Part shown: piece after piece, positions 38,753 through 48,893 of the stretch
Numbering within the stretch: position 1 is the stretch's first letter
Layout: the number at the start of each line of letters is the position of its first letter
Assembly: GCA_027334715.1 (NCBI GenBank)
Contig: DAHWUG010000001.1
Coordinates: forward strand, 211,322-275,321
Source of the DNA: Nanobdellota archaeon
GTDB lineage: Archaea; Nanobdellota; Nanobdellia; Pacearchaeales; GW2011-AR1
DNA: 64,000 nt
Direction of reading: 5' to 3'
Translations under genes and position numbers: made by a program
Notes under the pieces: generated by a model
Told to the model about the DNA's origin: nothing
The model's database searches: none
What the model saw: the letters and a program-made list of their open reading frames with translations, nothing else

Positions 38753-39565
38753 TCAAAATGAAACTCTTAGGCTTTCCGTGAAATCAATGTAAGCCTGTCT
38801 GCCCAGATTTCTGGTCTCTTCCTCTGATACGCTGGCATCAATATACTTTATAACTGTCCCATGCGATTCAAATATCTCTCTCAACCAATCAGAAGTATAC
38901 AAATCAGACAATCTTGTTTGGAACTGAACCTCTTCAAATATTGCCTTGTCATCTTTGGCTATCTTGCTCCTTACCTTTAACCTTTCGGTTAACTGCCCCG
39001 CATCCTTTACAGTGGGGATTATTAACAAATCCGGTGCGTTGTTCAGCTGATAAATATTTCCTTCCTGCTCTAATATCAATTTCCTTATGCTTTCAGGGTT
39101 TCTTCCTTCGTCAATAGCCACTATATGCTGATATGTGAGCGAAGCGGCACAGCATCTTGATTGAATAACATTCAGCCCGTTTTCCAACGCAGGTATGACA
39201 ACTCTTTTCATCTGTACAAGCCTGTCTAATCCGTATGCTTGGATCTGACTGCTTGCAGAGTAATTTCTTCTGTTCCTTGTAATCATTTCAAATCTTACTG
39301 TATGGCCTATTCCAGAATAAGTTGGCTCTGCTGTTGTGATTGTATCATAATAAACAGATGGAGGATTCCAGAAATCAGCAAGCTCCGGAAGGCCTTTCCT
39401 GTTAGCTTTTTGAAATGCCACAGAATCAAAGACCGATTTTCCATTTCTTTGTTCATATGATAATATTGCCCTTTCTACTTCTCCTTTTCCAATGCCATCC
39501 AGACCATCCACGCATATGAACAACCCCTTTCTTGATTCCCCTCTGTTTTCGCTTTTTATCGTCAT
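38753..39565 (-). CDS. thymidylate/nucleoside-monophosphate kinase-like protein with an atypical GIGKGE P-loop
   Basis: GLFICVDGLDGIGKGEVERAI; DRLVQ...IPALENG. Confidence 0.4.
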   Translation of the reverse strand: MTIKSENRGESRKGLFICVDGLDGIGKGEVERAILSYEQRNGKSVFDSVAFQKANRKGLPELADFWNPPSVYYDTITTAEPTYSGIGHTVRFEMITRNRRNYSASSQIQAYGLDRLVQMKRVVIPALENGLNVIQSRCCAASLTYQHIVAIDEGRNPESIRKLILEQEGNIYQLNNAPDLLIIPTVKDAGQLTERLKVRSKIAKDDKAIFEEVQFQTRLSDLYTSDWLREIFESHGTVIKYIDASVSEEETRNLGRQAYIDFTESLRVSF

Positions 39566-39566
39566 T

Positions 39567-40919
39567 TTATTTTATGATAATATCATGCTCCCCCCTTTTT
39601 ATATCAAATCTGCTTGGTTCTGAATCAACATGAAGGGGTATTCCGAGATTTTGTGTTATTTTTTCTCCAATATAATGCGCAACCCTCTGGAGTGTAGGAT
39701 GCACTAACCTTGAATCCCTTAACTCAACCATATAAACTACTGCCGGCAGATCTCCTGTGAATCTGTTCGCAGTGTTGTATCCCATAGGCAAGAAGTATTG
39801 CTCTTCTTCAGGAGAAATTCCCAACTTCAAAGTTTCATCCAATATTTTTCCCAGATGTTCTGGTAATTTTTCTCTTATGCTTTCTGGAAGATTATCAACA
39901 TACCACTGGTTAAATCCTAAATCAGATGTCAAAAGAGGCATTCTCTGAACTATTGCTCTGTGCCTTTGAATATCCCGGAATGAGCCGAAATCCAATGAGA
40001 ATTTTGCATCAATAGTTCCAAGTTGGCTTAAAAATTTTGGAAGCTCTGTTTTTTCAGGCCGTTTCTTAAATAATTCCGAATATTTTCCTAACTCTAAAAT
40101 ATCCAGATTATCAAAATTCACAAAGGGAAGAAGAGGGGAATCATGGTCGTGATAATAATAATTTTTTGCTATTAAATCCTGATATGCTTCTGTTTCTGCA
40201 TATCTTTTATGGCTGAATGAGCTTGGATATTTCTGGGTTAATGCTTCCTCAAGACCTCTTGTTATTTCCCTAACTTCTGCAAGAGGATGATGCCTTAAGA
40301 AGAGTATCCTGTCTGCAGCCTGCCTTAGATTAACATGCCATGCAATGTTTGTTGCAGCGCCTGCAGGAAGAAGACTTCTTGTTATATCAAAAGCCCTTGC
40401 ATTTATAGCTTTTTGATAAACAGAATCTTTTTCTCCTTCTTTTTGTGGATAAATATCTGTTAAATGCTTCTTTGTAGGCTCCTGAGCAGAAATATAAAAA
40501 TCTCTTTGTGACTCAAGTATCTTATCTCCTAAATTTCTGCCTGTAAAGTTAAGAAAAGGCTGCTCTGAAAAAGGGATAAACCTTGTTGATGCTTCCTGTC
40601 CTGAATAAAGCTGAGTATCCTGCATTGCTTTTGCAGCAAGCATTGAAATCCCTTCCACGAAGACTGTTGTTGTGCCGCAATCGCCTATTGACTTATGGCC
40701 ATATCCAACATAAAAATTCTGCATAAAATTCTCAGCGCCTTTTTCCGCAAGGATTTTTAGGTGGCTTCTTAACCCGCCGGTTGACCTTGAATGCAGGGCC
40801 TGTAGCATTGCCTCTGCTTCGGCATCTATAACTGCACCTGTGTCAAGTACCATCACTTCACCGCCCGTGCTTAATTTAACATGCGCATGTTTCAACTCAG
40901 AAATCCTATTATCACCCAT
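39567..40919 (-). CDS. thyX: ThyX-like flavin-dependent thymidylate synthase (large form)
   Basis: GYGHKSIGDCG...; FRDIQRHRAIVQRMP (RHR motif). Confidence 0.45.
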   Translation of the reverse strand: MGDNRISELKHAHVKLSTGGEVMVLDTGAVIDAEAEAMLQALHSRSTGGLRSHLKILAEKGAENFMQNFYVGYGHKSIGDCGTTTVFVEGISMLAAKAMQDTQLYSGQEASTRFIPFSEQPFLNFTGRNLGDKILESQRDFYISAQEPTKKHLTDIYPQKEGEKDSVYQKAINARAFDITRSLLPAGAATNIAWHVNLRQAADRILFLRHHPLAEVREITRGLEEALTQKYPSSFSHKRYAETEAYQDLIAKNYYYHDHDSPLLPFVNFDNLDILELGKYSELFKKRPEKTELPKFLSQLGTIDAKFSLDFGSFRDIQRHRAIVQRMPLLTSDLGFNQWYVDNLPESIREKLPEHLGKILDETLKLGISPEEEQYFLPMGYNTANRFTGDLPAVVYMVELRDSRLVHPTLQRVAHYIGEKITQNLGIPLHVDSEPSRFDIKRGEHDIIIK

Positions 40920-40989
40920 GAAGATACTAAGATTTTTTGTCTTTTATAAACAAATCTGTGGAGAAAAATATATTTCAGAAATTAATGGC

Positions 40990-41298
40990 TTAATCTTTCA
41001 TTTCAATCTTGATATTGACATTCTTTGGAATCTGCATCCTCATAATGTGATGAAGAACTTTTTCATTTGCTGGAAGATCAATAAGCCTTCTGTGAATTCT
41101 CATTTCAAAATTGTCAAAAGTTGCTGTGCCATTTCCACAAGGTGATTTTCTTGTCGTGATTTTCAGCCTTTTTGTAGGCAAAGGGACAGGACCTGAGACA
41201 GCTATGCCTGTCTTTTTAGCTATGTCTTTTATGGATTCACAAATAGCATTAATCATTTCTATGTCGGTACTGTTCAGCTTGATTCTTACTGTTGGCAT
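40990..41298 (-). CDS. rps10: ribosomal protein S10 (uS10)
   Basis: VRIKLNSTDIEMIN...GPVPLPTKRLKITTRKSPCGNGTATFDNFEMRIHRRLIDL. Confidence 0.85.
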   Translation of the reverse strand: MPTVRIKLNSTDIEMINAICESIKDIAKKTGIAVSGPVPLPTKRLKITTRKSPCGNGTATFDNFEMRIHRRLIDLPANEKVLHHIMRMQIPKNVNIKIEMKD

Positions 41299-41423
41299 TA
41301 TTATAGGATTTAAAATTTGTTTTTAAATCTTGTGATGATAATTTTATGATATTCCGGCAGTAAATTAACCCCTTAACTAATAATTCTAACAACCTTTAAA
41401 TATAATATTTCCCTGTATAAAAT

Positions 41424-42710
41424 ATGATTGATCTTAAGGATCTTAGGGAAAACCCTGAAAAGTACAGGGCTAACATGAAGAAGAAAAGCCGTGATGAAAA
41501 GCTCATAAACCAGGTTCTTTCTATTGATGAAAAATGGAGAAGCGTGAAGCCAAGAGCTGATTCTTTACGGGCAGAAAGGAACAAAATTTCAGAGCAGATA
41601 AATCAAGCTAAGAAAGAGGGTCATGACGCAAAAGAACTGATAAAAAGAGCAAGGGAAATTCCTGAAAAATTGAAACAGCTTGAGGAAGAAGAAACAAGCA
41701 CTTACGGGCAGCTGCAGAAAGAGCTTTATAAAATTCCAAATTTGATGCACAAGGATGTTCCTGCCGGAAAATCAGAGAAAGACAATGTAGTGAAAAAATA
41801 TGTTGGAAAACCAACCAAATTCAAATTCCCTGCAAAAACTCATGTTGAGATTATAGAGGCTTTTGACCTGGGTGATTTTGACGCATCTGCAAAAGTTGCT
41901 GGAAATGGATTTTATTATCTAAAAGATGATCTCGCCATGCTTAATAGGGCATTGATAAATTTTGCAGTTGATTTCATGTCAAAGAAAAAATATACTTACA
42001 TTGAACCTCCTTTAATGATGTCAAAAAGGATTGCAATGGCAAAGGGTGATTTCACGGCATTTGAGAAAGCGCTTTACAAAATTGAAGGAGAGGATTTATA
42101 CATGATTCCAACTGCAGAGGACGCAATACTTGGAATGCTTTCTGACAAGACAATTCTCGAAGAGAAACTCCCCCTGAGATTCTTTGGATACAGCATGGCA
42201 TTCAGGAAAGAAGTCGGAAGCCACGGAATAAATGAAAAAGGGCTTTGGAGAACGCACCAGTTTAACAAAGTAGAACAGTTTATTTTCTGCAAACCAGATG
42301 ACTCATGGAAGCATTACGATGAACTAAGAAAAAATTCAGAGGAAATAATGAAAAAGCTCAAGCTTCCTTACCGGATTTTGGAAATGTGCGCTGCTGACAT
42401 GGGAGACTGGAAAGCAAAAACCGAAGATATTGAAGTCTGGCGCCCAACAACAAAATCATATGGAGAAGTTGGTTCATTAACAAACTGCACTGATTTCCAG
42501 GCAAGAGATTTAAACATCAGGGGATTAAATAAAAAAGGAGAAAGATATGTCCTGCATACTTTAAACAACACGGCCCTTGCAACATCAAGAATCATGGTTG
42601 CAATACTTGAAAACTATCAGCAGAAAGACGGCTCAATAAAAATACCTGCTGTTCTCCAAAAGTACATGCTTGGAAAAAAGAAAATAGAAGCCAAAAAAGC
42701 GATAAAATAA
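41424..42710 (+). CDS. serS: seryl-tRNA synthetase
   Basis: MIDLKDLRENPEKY...; class II motifs FRKEVGSHG, GSLTNCTDFQARDLNIR. Confidence 0.85.
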   Translation: MIDLKDLRENPEKYRANMKKKSRDEKLINQVLSIDEKWRSVKPRADSLRAERNKISEQINQAKKEGHDAKELIKRAREIPEKLKQLEEEETSTYGQLQKELYKIPNLMHKDVPAGKSEKDNVVKKYVGKPTKFKFPAKTHVEIIEAFDLGDFDASAKVAGNGFYYLKDDLAMLNRALINFAVDFMSKKKYTYIEPPLMMSKRIAMAKGDFTAFEKALYKIEGEDLYMIPTAEDAILGMLSDKTILEEKLPLRFFGYSMAFRKEVGSHGINEKGLWRTHQFNKVEQFIFCKPDDSWKHYDELRKNSEEIMKKLKLPYRILEMCAADMGDWKAKTEDIEVWRPTTKSYGEVGSLTNCTDFQARDLNIRGLNKKGERYVLHTLNNTALATSRIMVAILENYQQKDGSIKIPAVLQKYMLGKKKIEAKKAIK

Positions 42711-42820
42711 AATAAATAATTCTGTCACAGAAAACCACCTCAATTTATTTATCAAATATTGGCTTTGAGCATTAACATTTACACAAACTTTAAAAACAAA
42801 TTCCTTCATTCTTTAATTAA

Positions 42821-42956
42821 GCTCACGTGGTCTAACGGCTATGACGCTAGCCTGTCGCGCACGGGAAGGACCAAGGTCCTTCTACGATGACATCTCCTTT
42901 AAGGGATGGCAATGCGCAGAACGCTGGAAACCCGAGTCCGACTCTCGGCGTGGGCG
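42821..42956 (+). tRNA. tRNA-Asp (anticodon GTC) with a ~63-nt intron after position 37
   Basis: acceptor GCTCACG/CGTGGGC, anticodon stem CTAGC...GCTGG, loop CTGTCG, T-arm CCGAG TCCGACT CTCGG; intron contains the hairpin AAGGACCAAGGTCCTT. Confidence 0.7.
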
Positions 42957-43030
42957 ATACACCCAAACTGGGCGTTGGAGAATTCTAAAAATACGCGCTG
43001 GAAATCTAGGACAACAATTCTTAAATAGGG

Positions 43031-43552
43031 ATGAAATATAAAAAAAATATGGTTTATAGTCTTGATATAAATGAAATATTAAAAAAAGTCATGTCTTCTG
43101 AAAGAGGAAAACAAATGGAATTTGAAACATTTCTAGTAAAAAGAAACTTACTCTGGTCTTTTAAGTTAAAAAGCAAAAAAGGCGCAAGAGCACAAGGATT
43201 ATCTCATATAATGACTTCAAATAATCATGGCACTATTATTCTTGAGGATTTTTTAAAATTAGAAACACAGAATAGTGGTTTTGAACCAGACCTTTGTTCA
43301 CTTAAGTGTTGCATGTTCTATGACCTGGGTGCAACTGTTTCTGGAGGAGTTTCTAATCTTGGATATTCTCCTGAAAGAAATGGGCACTTAGTTCACTTTG
43401 GCGTTTCAAAAGATAAAGCTCCAAAGGCTCTGCATTGGTATGTTGATATTGCATGCGGGGTCATGGGAGAATTTTTTAGAGGTTATGAATCTGTAGACTT
43501 AGCTCTTTCTTTGGCTAGAGAAAGAGGTATTGCACAATTTGCCGGACGTTGA
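43031..43552 (+). CDS. hypothetical protein
   Basis: ORF only. Confidence 0.25.
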   Translation: MKYKKNMVYSLDINEILKKVMSSERGKQMEFETFLVKRNLLWSFKLKSKKGARAQGLSHIMTSNNHGTIILEDFLKLETQNSGFEPDLCSLKCCMFYDLGATVSGGVSNLGYSPERNGHLVHFGVSKDKAPKALHWYVDIACGVMGEFFRGYESVDLALSLARERGIAQFAGR

Positions 43553-44091
43553 ATATTATCACAATAATTCTTAAAAAGTATGGTAAAATAAGAGGAACAT
43601 GGCTGGTATAGGTGGTAGTACTGGATTTTAAGATATATTTTAAAGAAAAGTGACACGTTGCCAGAGGGTTTTCAATTAGTAGAAGAATCAAGCAGAAAAT
43701 GTGTTCTAAGATCTTATAGTTATCCTCTTGATGAAGTCTATCCTTTATTTGGTATGACTTCAATTGAAGTTCAAGATTAATTATTCTGAATAGCTAAAAA
43801 TAAAGATGAGATGACAAGAAGGATACATGATTACTTAGAAAGATATGCAAAAGAAAATCTAAAGGGTATGGAAATAAAAGACGGAACTGGTCTTGCTGCT
43901 AAAATAAGGTAGGGAGTGTATTACTTTTAATACAGTTTCTGCATTAACTGATTTTTTAGGAAAAATCAAACAAAAAGTTTTTTAAAGCACTGTAGATATT
44001 AATTATTATATACCCCCCAGGATTGCACCGCAAACCTGGGTTTTATACTCATTTTAGTTAATTTTATTAAGACTTTATCTTTGAATCTTTT

Positions 44092-44640
44092 GTGGGTAAC
44101 AAAGACAGAGTTGCTATTTTTATAGATGGAAGTAATCATTATCATATTGTTAAAGATATGTTTAATGGTAAAATTAGCCCAAACGACTTTAATTTTGGTA
44201 AATTTATCAAATACCTTGTTGGTAATAGGAAGCTTGTAAGAACTTATTATTATTCTGCCCCTTTAGATGCAGCTTTTGACCAAGAAATCTACATGAAACA
44301 GCAGAAGTTTTTTGATAAATTAGGAAGAATACAGAACTTTAAACTTGTTCTTTGCAGAATGCAAAAAGTGAAAATTGACGGAAAAACAGTTTATCAGGTT
44401 AAGGAAGATGACATTCACTTGGCTGTAGATATGGTAAAATTAGCATATAACAATGCATATGACACTGCCATATTGGTTTCTTCTGACGGAGATTTTGTTC
44501 CTGCTGTCAGAGCAGTCAAAGAAGTTGGAAAAAATATCGAAAATATAGGGTTTGAAACAAAATTCTCTTATCATTTAAGACAAGAATGTGACGATTTTAA
44601 AAAATTGAGTAAAAAAGAAGTAAAACTCTTCTTTGATTAA
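44092..44640 (+). CDS. NYN-domain (LabA-like) putative RNase
   Basis: RVAIFIDGSNHYH...RTYYY...ILVSSDGDFVPAV. Confidence 0.55.
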   Translation: MGNKDRVAIFIDGSNHYHIVKDMFNGKISPNDFNFGKFIKYLVGNRKLVRTYYYSAPLDAAFDQEIYMKQQKFFDKLGRIQNFKLVLCRMQKVKIDGKTVYQVKEDDIHLAVDMVKLAYNNAYDTAILVSSDGDFVPAVRAVKEVGKNIENIGFETKFSYHLRQECDDFKKLSKKEVKLFFD

Positions 44641-44789
44641 CCCTATTTCTTTTTTTAGGAATCTAATAAAAAATTATCTATCTTATCTCGACAAAGCTTA
44701 AAAATTCAAATAGCATCAGAGATTTAGCTAATTAGAAATTATAAAATAATAAAACTCAAATCCCACAAAGATAACATAAACATATCTTG

Positions 44790-44804
44790 TCCGGCGTGGG
44801 CGAT
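44790..44804. repeat. copy of the tRNA-Asp 3'-end 13-15-mer (tccggcgtgggcgat); att-like
   Basis: cggcgtgggcgat is identical to tRNA-Asp positions 42946-42958. Confidence 0.5.
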
Positions 44805-44866
44805 GTTATCACTTCTAAATAACATAATATCATAAAGTTTATAAAGTATGATTTTATGGAGAAAAT

Positions 44867-45274
44867 ATGGCAAAAACATTGAGAAATATACTGGCCGGAA
44901 CTGCATTGTTAGGAGCTTTGACTGGATGTAGTCGAGATCAACAATATATAAGTGGACAAGTTACTAAAGAAAATGGTACTGCTGTGAATATTGTTAAGTC
45001 AAGTGGCGCTCTTTTTGGCAATGAATCTATTAAATTTGGAAGTCCAACTTATATTTTAAAAGTACAAACAGATAGTGGTGAATATATAATAAACGTAAAT
45101 GACAGTTGTTATTATCCTACAAGGAAACCAATTCTTGCTTTAGCTGAAGCAATTAAAGTTGGTCAGAGTAGAATTGAGTTCCCCAGACGTTCTCTTTTTT
45201 CTACGGGTTTGAATTATTTTTCACAAGATAAGATAGGTGATGTTCCTAGTTGCGAGATTAGGGTCTTAAAATAA
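44867..45274 (+). CDS. lipoprotein
   Basis: signal peptide with lipobox LTGCS. Confidence 0.4.
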   Translation: MAKTLRNILAGTALLGALTGCSRDQQYISGQVTKENGTAVNIVKSSGALFGNESIKFGSPTYILKVQTDSGEYIINVNDSCYYPTRKPILALAEAIKVGQSRIEFPRRSLFSTGLNYFSQDKIGDVPSCEIRVLK

Positions 45275-45309
45275 TTGTTTTTTCAGAAATATATCCAACT
45301 TCCCCTGCG

Positions 45310-45321
45310 CTCGGCGTGGGC
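45310..45321. repeat. second copy of the tRNA-Asp 3'-end 12-mer (ctcggcgtgggc); att-like
   Basis: 12-nt identity with tRNA-Asp 42944-42955. Confidence 0.45.
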
Positions 45322-45386
45322 CTTGGATATCAGATCCACTAAAAAATTATCACAATAATCTTTATAAATAATATAATTTAGTAATA

Positions 45387-45926
45387 ATGATGCTTGTAAA
45401 AACTTCTGCAATAACTGATGAAACAAGGGAGCACATGAATACTGTTCTTGAGGAAGTATTTGCGCATAAAGAAGGGGAGGGTATACAATCAGTTGTTTCT
45501 GAAGTACTTAATGACAAAGATGTTTTCTTATACTTACTAACTTATCTTAAAACAAATCAAGTTGTTTCTGAAGTACTTAATGACAAAGATGTTTTCTTAT
45601 ACTTACTAACTTATCTTAAAACAAATCAAGGAGTTGAGTTAGGAAGAATGTCTTATTGGGATGATATTAGGGTGGAAGTTCCTTACGGGATAGCAGTTGA
45701 TCAAAGGTCTTATCATCCTAAACTGACTATATTTGAGTATAGTTCTGTAATGGGAAGTGCTGACGAATTAGGATTTTATCCATTTTTACCAAGACGCCAT
45801 GGAACTTTTGCTTATGAAGATTTTCCTACTCCAAAGAATTTTTCTGATGCAGTAAATTTGGTTTTAAAAAATCCAAAAGGAAGTTTAGTTGATTTAAACA
45901 GAATAAAAAAAGGAATTACTTACTAA
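45387..45926 (+). CDS. hypothetical protein with an internal in-frame 69-nt tandem duplication
   Basis: VVSEVLNDKDVFLYLLTYLKTNQ encoded twice (45491-45559 and 45560-45628). Confidence 0.3.
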   Translation: MMLVKTSAITDETREHMNTVLEEVFAHKEGEGIQSVVSEVLNDKDVFLYLLTYLKTNQVVSEVLNDKDVFLYLLTYLKTNQGVELGRMSYWDDIRVEVPYGIAVDQRSYHPKLTIFEYSSVMGSADELGFYPFLPRRHGTFAYEDFPTPKNFSDAVNLVLKNPKGSLVDLNRIKKGITY

Positions 45927-45930
45927 AAAA

Positions 45931-46650
45931 GTGTCAGCAACAAGACCGAGAAAAATAGAAAGCCAGAATACAGTGCAGGGCATTCCATGGATTACGCATG
46001 ATATAGATCAATTTCATTGGTACAGTGATGTAAAACGAAGGAATTCTGGAGATAGGATTAAAGCAATGGATTTTATGAGTGCAGTAAGATTTATGCTACC
46101 TTATTTACCAGGCAGAGATCTTCGTTCTTATGTTGTTGCTGTTGGTAATGGATCTGATATATGTAATGTTTATTTTGTTAGGGTTAATTGGGGTATGGAT
46201 ACTCTTACTGGAAAGTTTCCAGAAGGCACGCATGGACTTTGGAAAGTATTTGATTATAGTGAGAGAAAAAGTGCTGCTGGAAGTAAATTTTATACAGATA
46301 ATCATTATTTAAAAAAATTGAGAGAAAAATTACCAGAGAAACTTGGAAGCATATTTACAACAGACATAATGCCCTTTTTAAGAAGCGGTTATTATCCAAT
46401 GGAATGTGATAGGGTTTATGATTTTGGTTTAGATGGACTTGATAAATTAAGAATGATTGCAAGAAATAGGGAAAAAATAGGGATAGGAGAAAATTTTGAA
46501 ATAAAATATATTCCCCATAAAAAAAATAGTCCAGAAGAAACTGTAATAGTTCTTCCATATGGCAAATGGACAAATTCTGAGACAATTCAATTATTTCCTT
46601 TTACAAAGAGATTTACCTTTGCCTCTGATTTTAATACAAATGCTCTTTAA
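45931..46650 (+). CDS. hypothetical protein
   Basis: ORF only. Confidence 0.25.
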   Translation: MSATRPRKIESQNTVQGIPWITHDIDQFHWYSDVKRRNSGDRIKAMDFMSAVRFMLPYLPGRDLRSYVVAVGNGSDICNVYFVRVNWGMDTLTGKFPEGTHGLWKVFDYSERKSAAGSKFYTDNHYLKKLREKLPEKLGSIFTTDIMPFLRSGYYPMECDRVYDFGLDGLDKLRMIARNREKIGIGENFEIKYIPHKKNSPEETVIVLPYGKWTNSETIQLFPFTKRFTFASDFNTNAL

Positions 46651-46909
46651 TGCCCTCAAAAAAAGGATGTAAAAAGTGAAAATTGACAGGAAAAACATAG
46701 GAAACAATCTTAGATAGTATTATGAAAAGCCGGCATACAAATCTGCAGCCTATTCATGCCGATTTTGGAATAATTTTGATGAAATAAACAGAAATTAATT
46801 GGAGAAAAAGATCTTGAATGGGTTCCTAAAATCTAACTTCCTTTATTTTGAATTAATTCAGAATATACATTTACATACAGAAATGCTTATAAATTAAAAA
46901 ACTGTAAAT

Positions 46910-47254
46910 TTGTTTATGGGATTATTCGGAAGAAAGCCGAACAGAAATGACTTAGTTAAGAAAGTAATTGATTCAGTTACTGCCAAAGGGATAGAAATTC
47001 TTGATGCTCCTCAAGGGGTACCTTTGCTTGGAGGCAAGCCACTGAGTGGATATGAATCATTTCTTATCTCTGGCGTTGGAGATTCTGAAGAGGACTATGG
47101 CACAGCCATAAAGCATTTACTTAATGGAATTAATCGTGAACATCCAAAATATATCTCCTTTATAAAATTTTTACATACTCCTGATGGTCCTTTTGGAAGA
47201 AAAGCCAAAATTTCTGTAAATGGTTATAGGGAAAACCATAATCAGGCCGCCTGA
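46910..47254 (+). CDS. hypothetical protein
   Basis: ORF only. Confidence 0.2.
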   Translation: MFMGLFGRKPNRNDLVKKVIDSVTAKGIEILDAPQGVPLLGGKPLSGYESFLISGVGDSEEDYGTAIKHLLNGINREHPKYISFIKFLHTPDGPFGRKAKISVNGYRENHNQAA

Positions 47255-47710
47255 TTTTTATCGCTTGTTTTGGTCAACCAAAATATTTAAAAAACTCGCA
47301 GAGGGTATATTTTGATATCTAAGGAGGTTTAGATGAAACACAAACACAAAAAGGACGAGGAAGAAAAGAAAGAAAAGGAAGAAGACATGAATGAAGAAGA
47401 TGTGTCTGCTGATGAAGAAGACTCTTCCTTGGAACTTGAAGATACTGAAGACGGAGACTACTAAATTCCTTACCTTTTTTAAGCCTTTTTTATTTTTATA
47501 ATTTATTTTTGACATATTTTAATTCAGAAAGCCCTGTTCTTTTAATTTGAATTGCAGGAGCATAGAATTTGTTGCTTATTCTGAATATGCTTTAATGATA
47601 GGAACCAGGCTTTAACATTTAATTAAAAATGAGAAGAGAGATTTATTACAGGCATCTTTTCGTTTAACTGTCTGTTATACTTAAAATTTATATACATCTT
47701 TTCTTTTTCA

Positions 47711-48649
47711 TTGAAAATGGGCTGGAAATCTGTTCTTGGATATTTGATGGCAATAATGTTGATTGCACTTCTTGCTTTTTACTGGATAGTGCCATTGCAG
47801 AATATAGACTTCGGTGCGTGGTCTTCCGGAGGAAACAGCAATTTCAGCCTTAACAATTCAGCCAATACAAGCATGCAGTTTTACCAAAATATGAGATATT
47901 CTTATACAAATATTTCCTACAGAATAATAAACTGCTCAATAAAAAGAACAGATGACATGAAGACTGCCTTTAGTACAATCCAGAATTTAACCCCGATTAA
48001 GTTCTACCCTGTGCCAAATAATGAACAGATTTCTGTTGCCTGCGATTATGCAACCCAGATCGCGCAAGGAGAACCGGGATATTTTGTTGCGGGCGAGGGC
48101 GGACCGACAAACATCACAGTATCTGGCGATTTTAATGTAATAGAGCACGGAAGCGTACTGCTTCTAAGGGATTCAGCATGCGCCCGGCCAAATATTGCAA
48201 TACACGAGCTTTTGCATGCGCTTGGTTTTAATCATTCTGTAAATCCCAACAACATAATGTATCCTGTAAGCTCCTGCCAGCAAACAATAGGGCAGGATAC
48301 CGTTGACACATTAAACCATCTTTATTCATACCCCAACCTCCCGGACCTCGCATTTGAAAATGTTTCTGCAACAATGAACGGACCTTATCTTAACATGAAT
48401 TTTACAGTAAGAAATGAAGGACTTGTTCCTGCACCTTCATCAGCAGTTAATGTTTATGCAGATGGAAAGCAGGTTTACACGATGCCATTGAACACCCTTG
48501 AAATAGGAGAAGGAAGGCAGATATTCGTAACTAATGTATTTCTTCTACAGAAAAATATAAACCAGTTGAATTTTGTTATTAATGCGAACTTTGAAGAATT
48601 GGACAAAACCAACAATGAAGTGACACTAAACTACAACAATAGCAAATAA
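47711..48649 (+). CDS. matrixin (MMP)-like zinc metalloprotease, membrane-anchored or secreted
   Basis: IAIHELLHALGFNHS (HExxHxxGxxH) followed by a Met-turn NIMYP. Confidence 0.55.
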   Translation: MKMGWKSVLGYLMAIMLIALLAFYWIVPLQNIDFGAWSSGGNSNFSLNNSANTSMQFYQNMRYSYTNISYRIINCSIKRTDDMKTAFSTIQNLTPIKFYPVPNNEQISVACDYATQIAQGEPGYFVAGEGGPTNITVSGDFNVIEHGSVLLLRDSACARPNIAIHELLHALGFNHSVNPNNIMYPVSSCQQTIGQDTVDTLNHLYSYPNLPDLAFENVSATMNGPYLNMNFTVRNEGLVPAPSSAVNVYADGKQVYTMPLNTLEIGEGRQIFVTNVFLLQKNINQLNFVINANFEELDKTNNEVTLNYNNSK

Positions 48650-48893
48650 TTGTTAAATGGTTTCGTCGAGTTCAAGGTCATCTATCTCTTCATCAAACTC
48701 TTCCTCTTCATCGTTAAATTCTTCAAGCTCTTCTTTTTTAGCCATGTTCAGCCTCGTTTCCACCTCAATTTTATTGAACTCTAAAGAAGTATTTGCTTTT
48801 TAAATATTTCTATAGACGGAGATATACTTCTTTTCCGTCGATGACTTATGAGAAAATTTGAAAGAAAATGAAAAATCCCCATCTAGAATCTGG

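Noticed and set aside
37170-41385. Shared 13-mer attaaccccttaa at 37170 and 41370
   Set aside because: Short and AT-rich, and one copy lies inside the BtpA coding sequence; consistent with chance.
42841-43041. 66-aa ORF MTLACRAREGP...
   Set aside because: Lies entirely over the tRNA-Asp gene and its GC-rich 3' flank; spurious.
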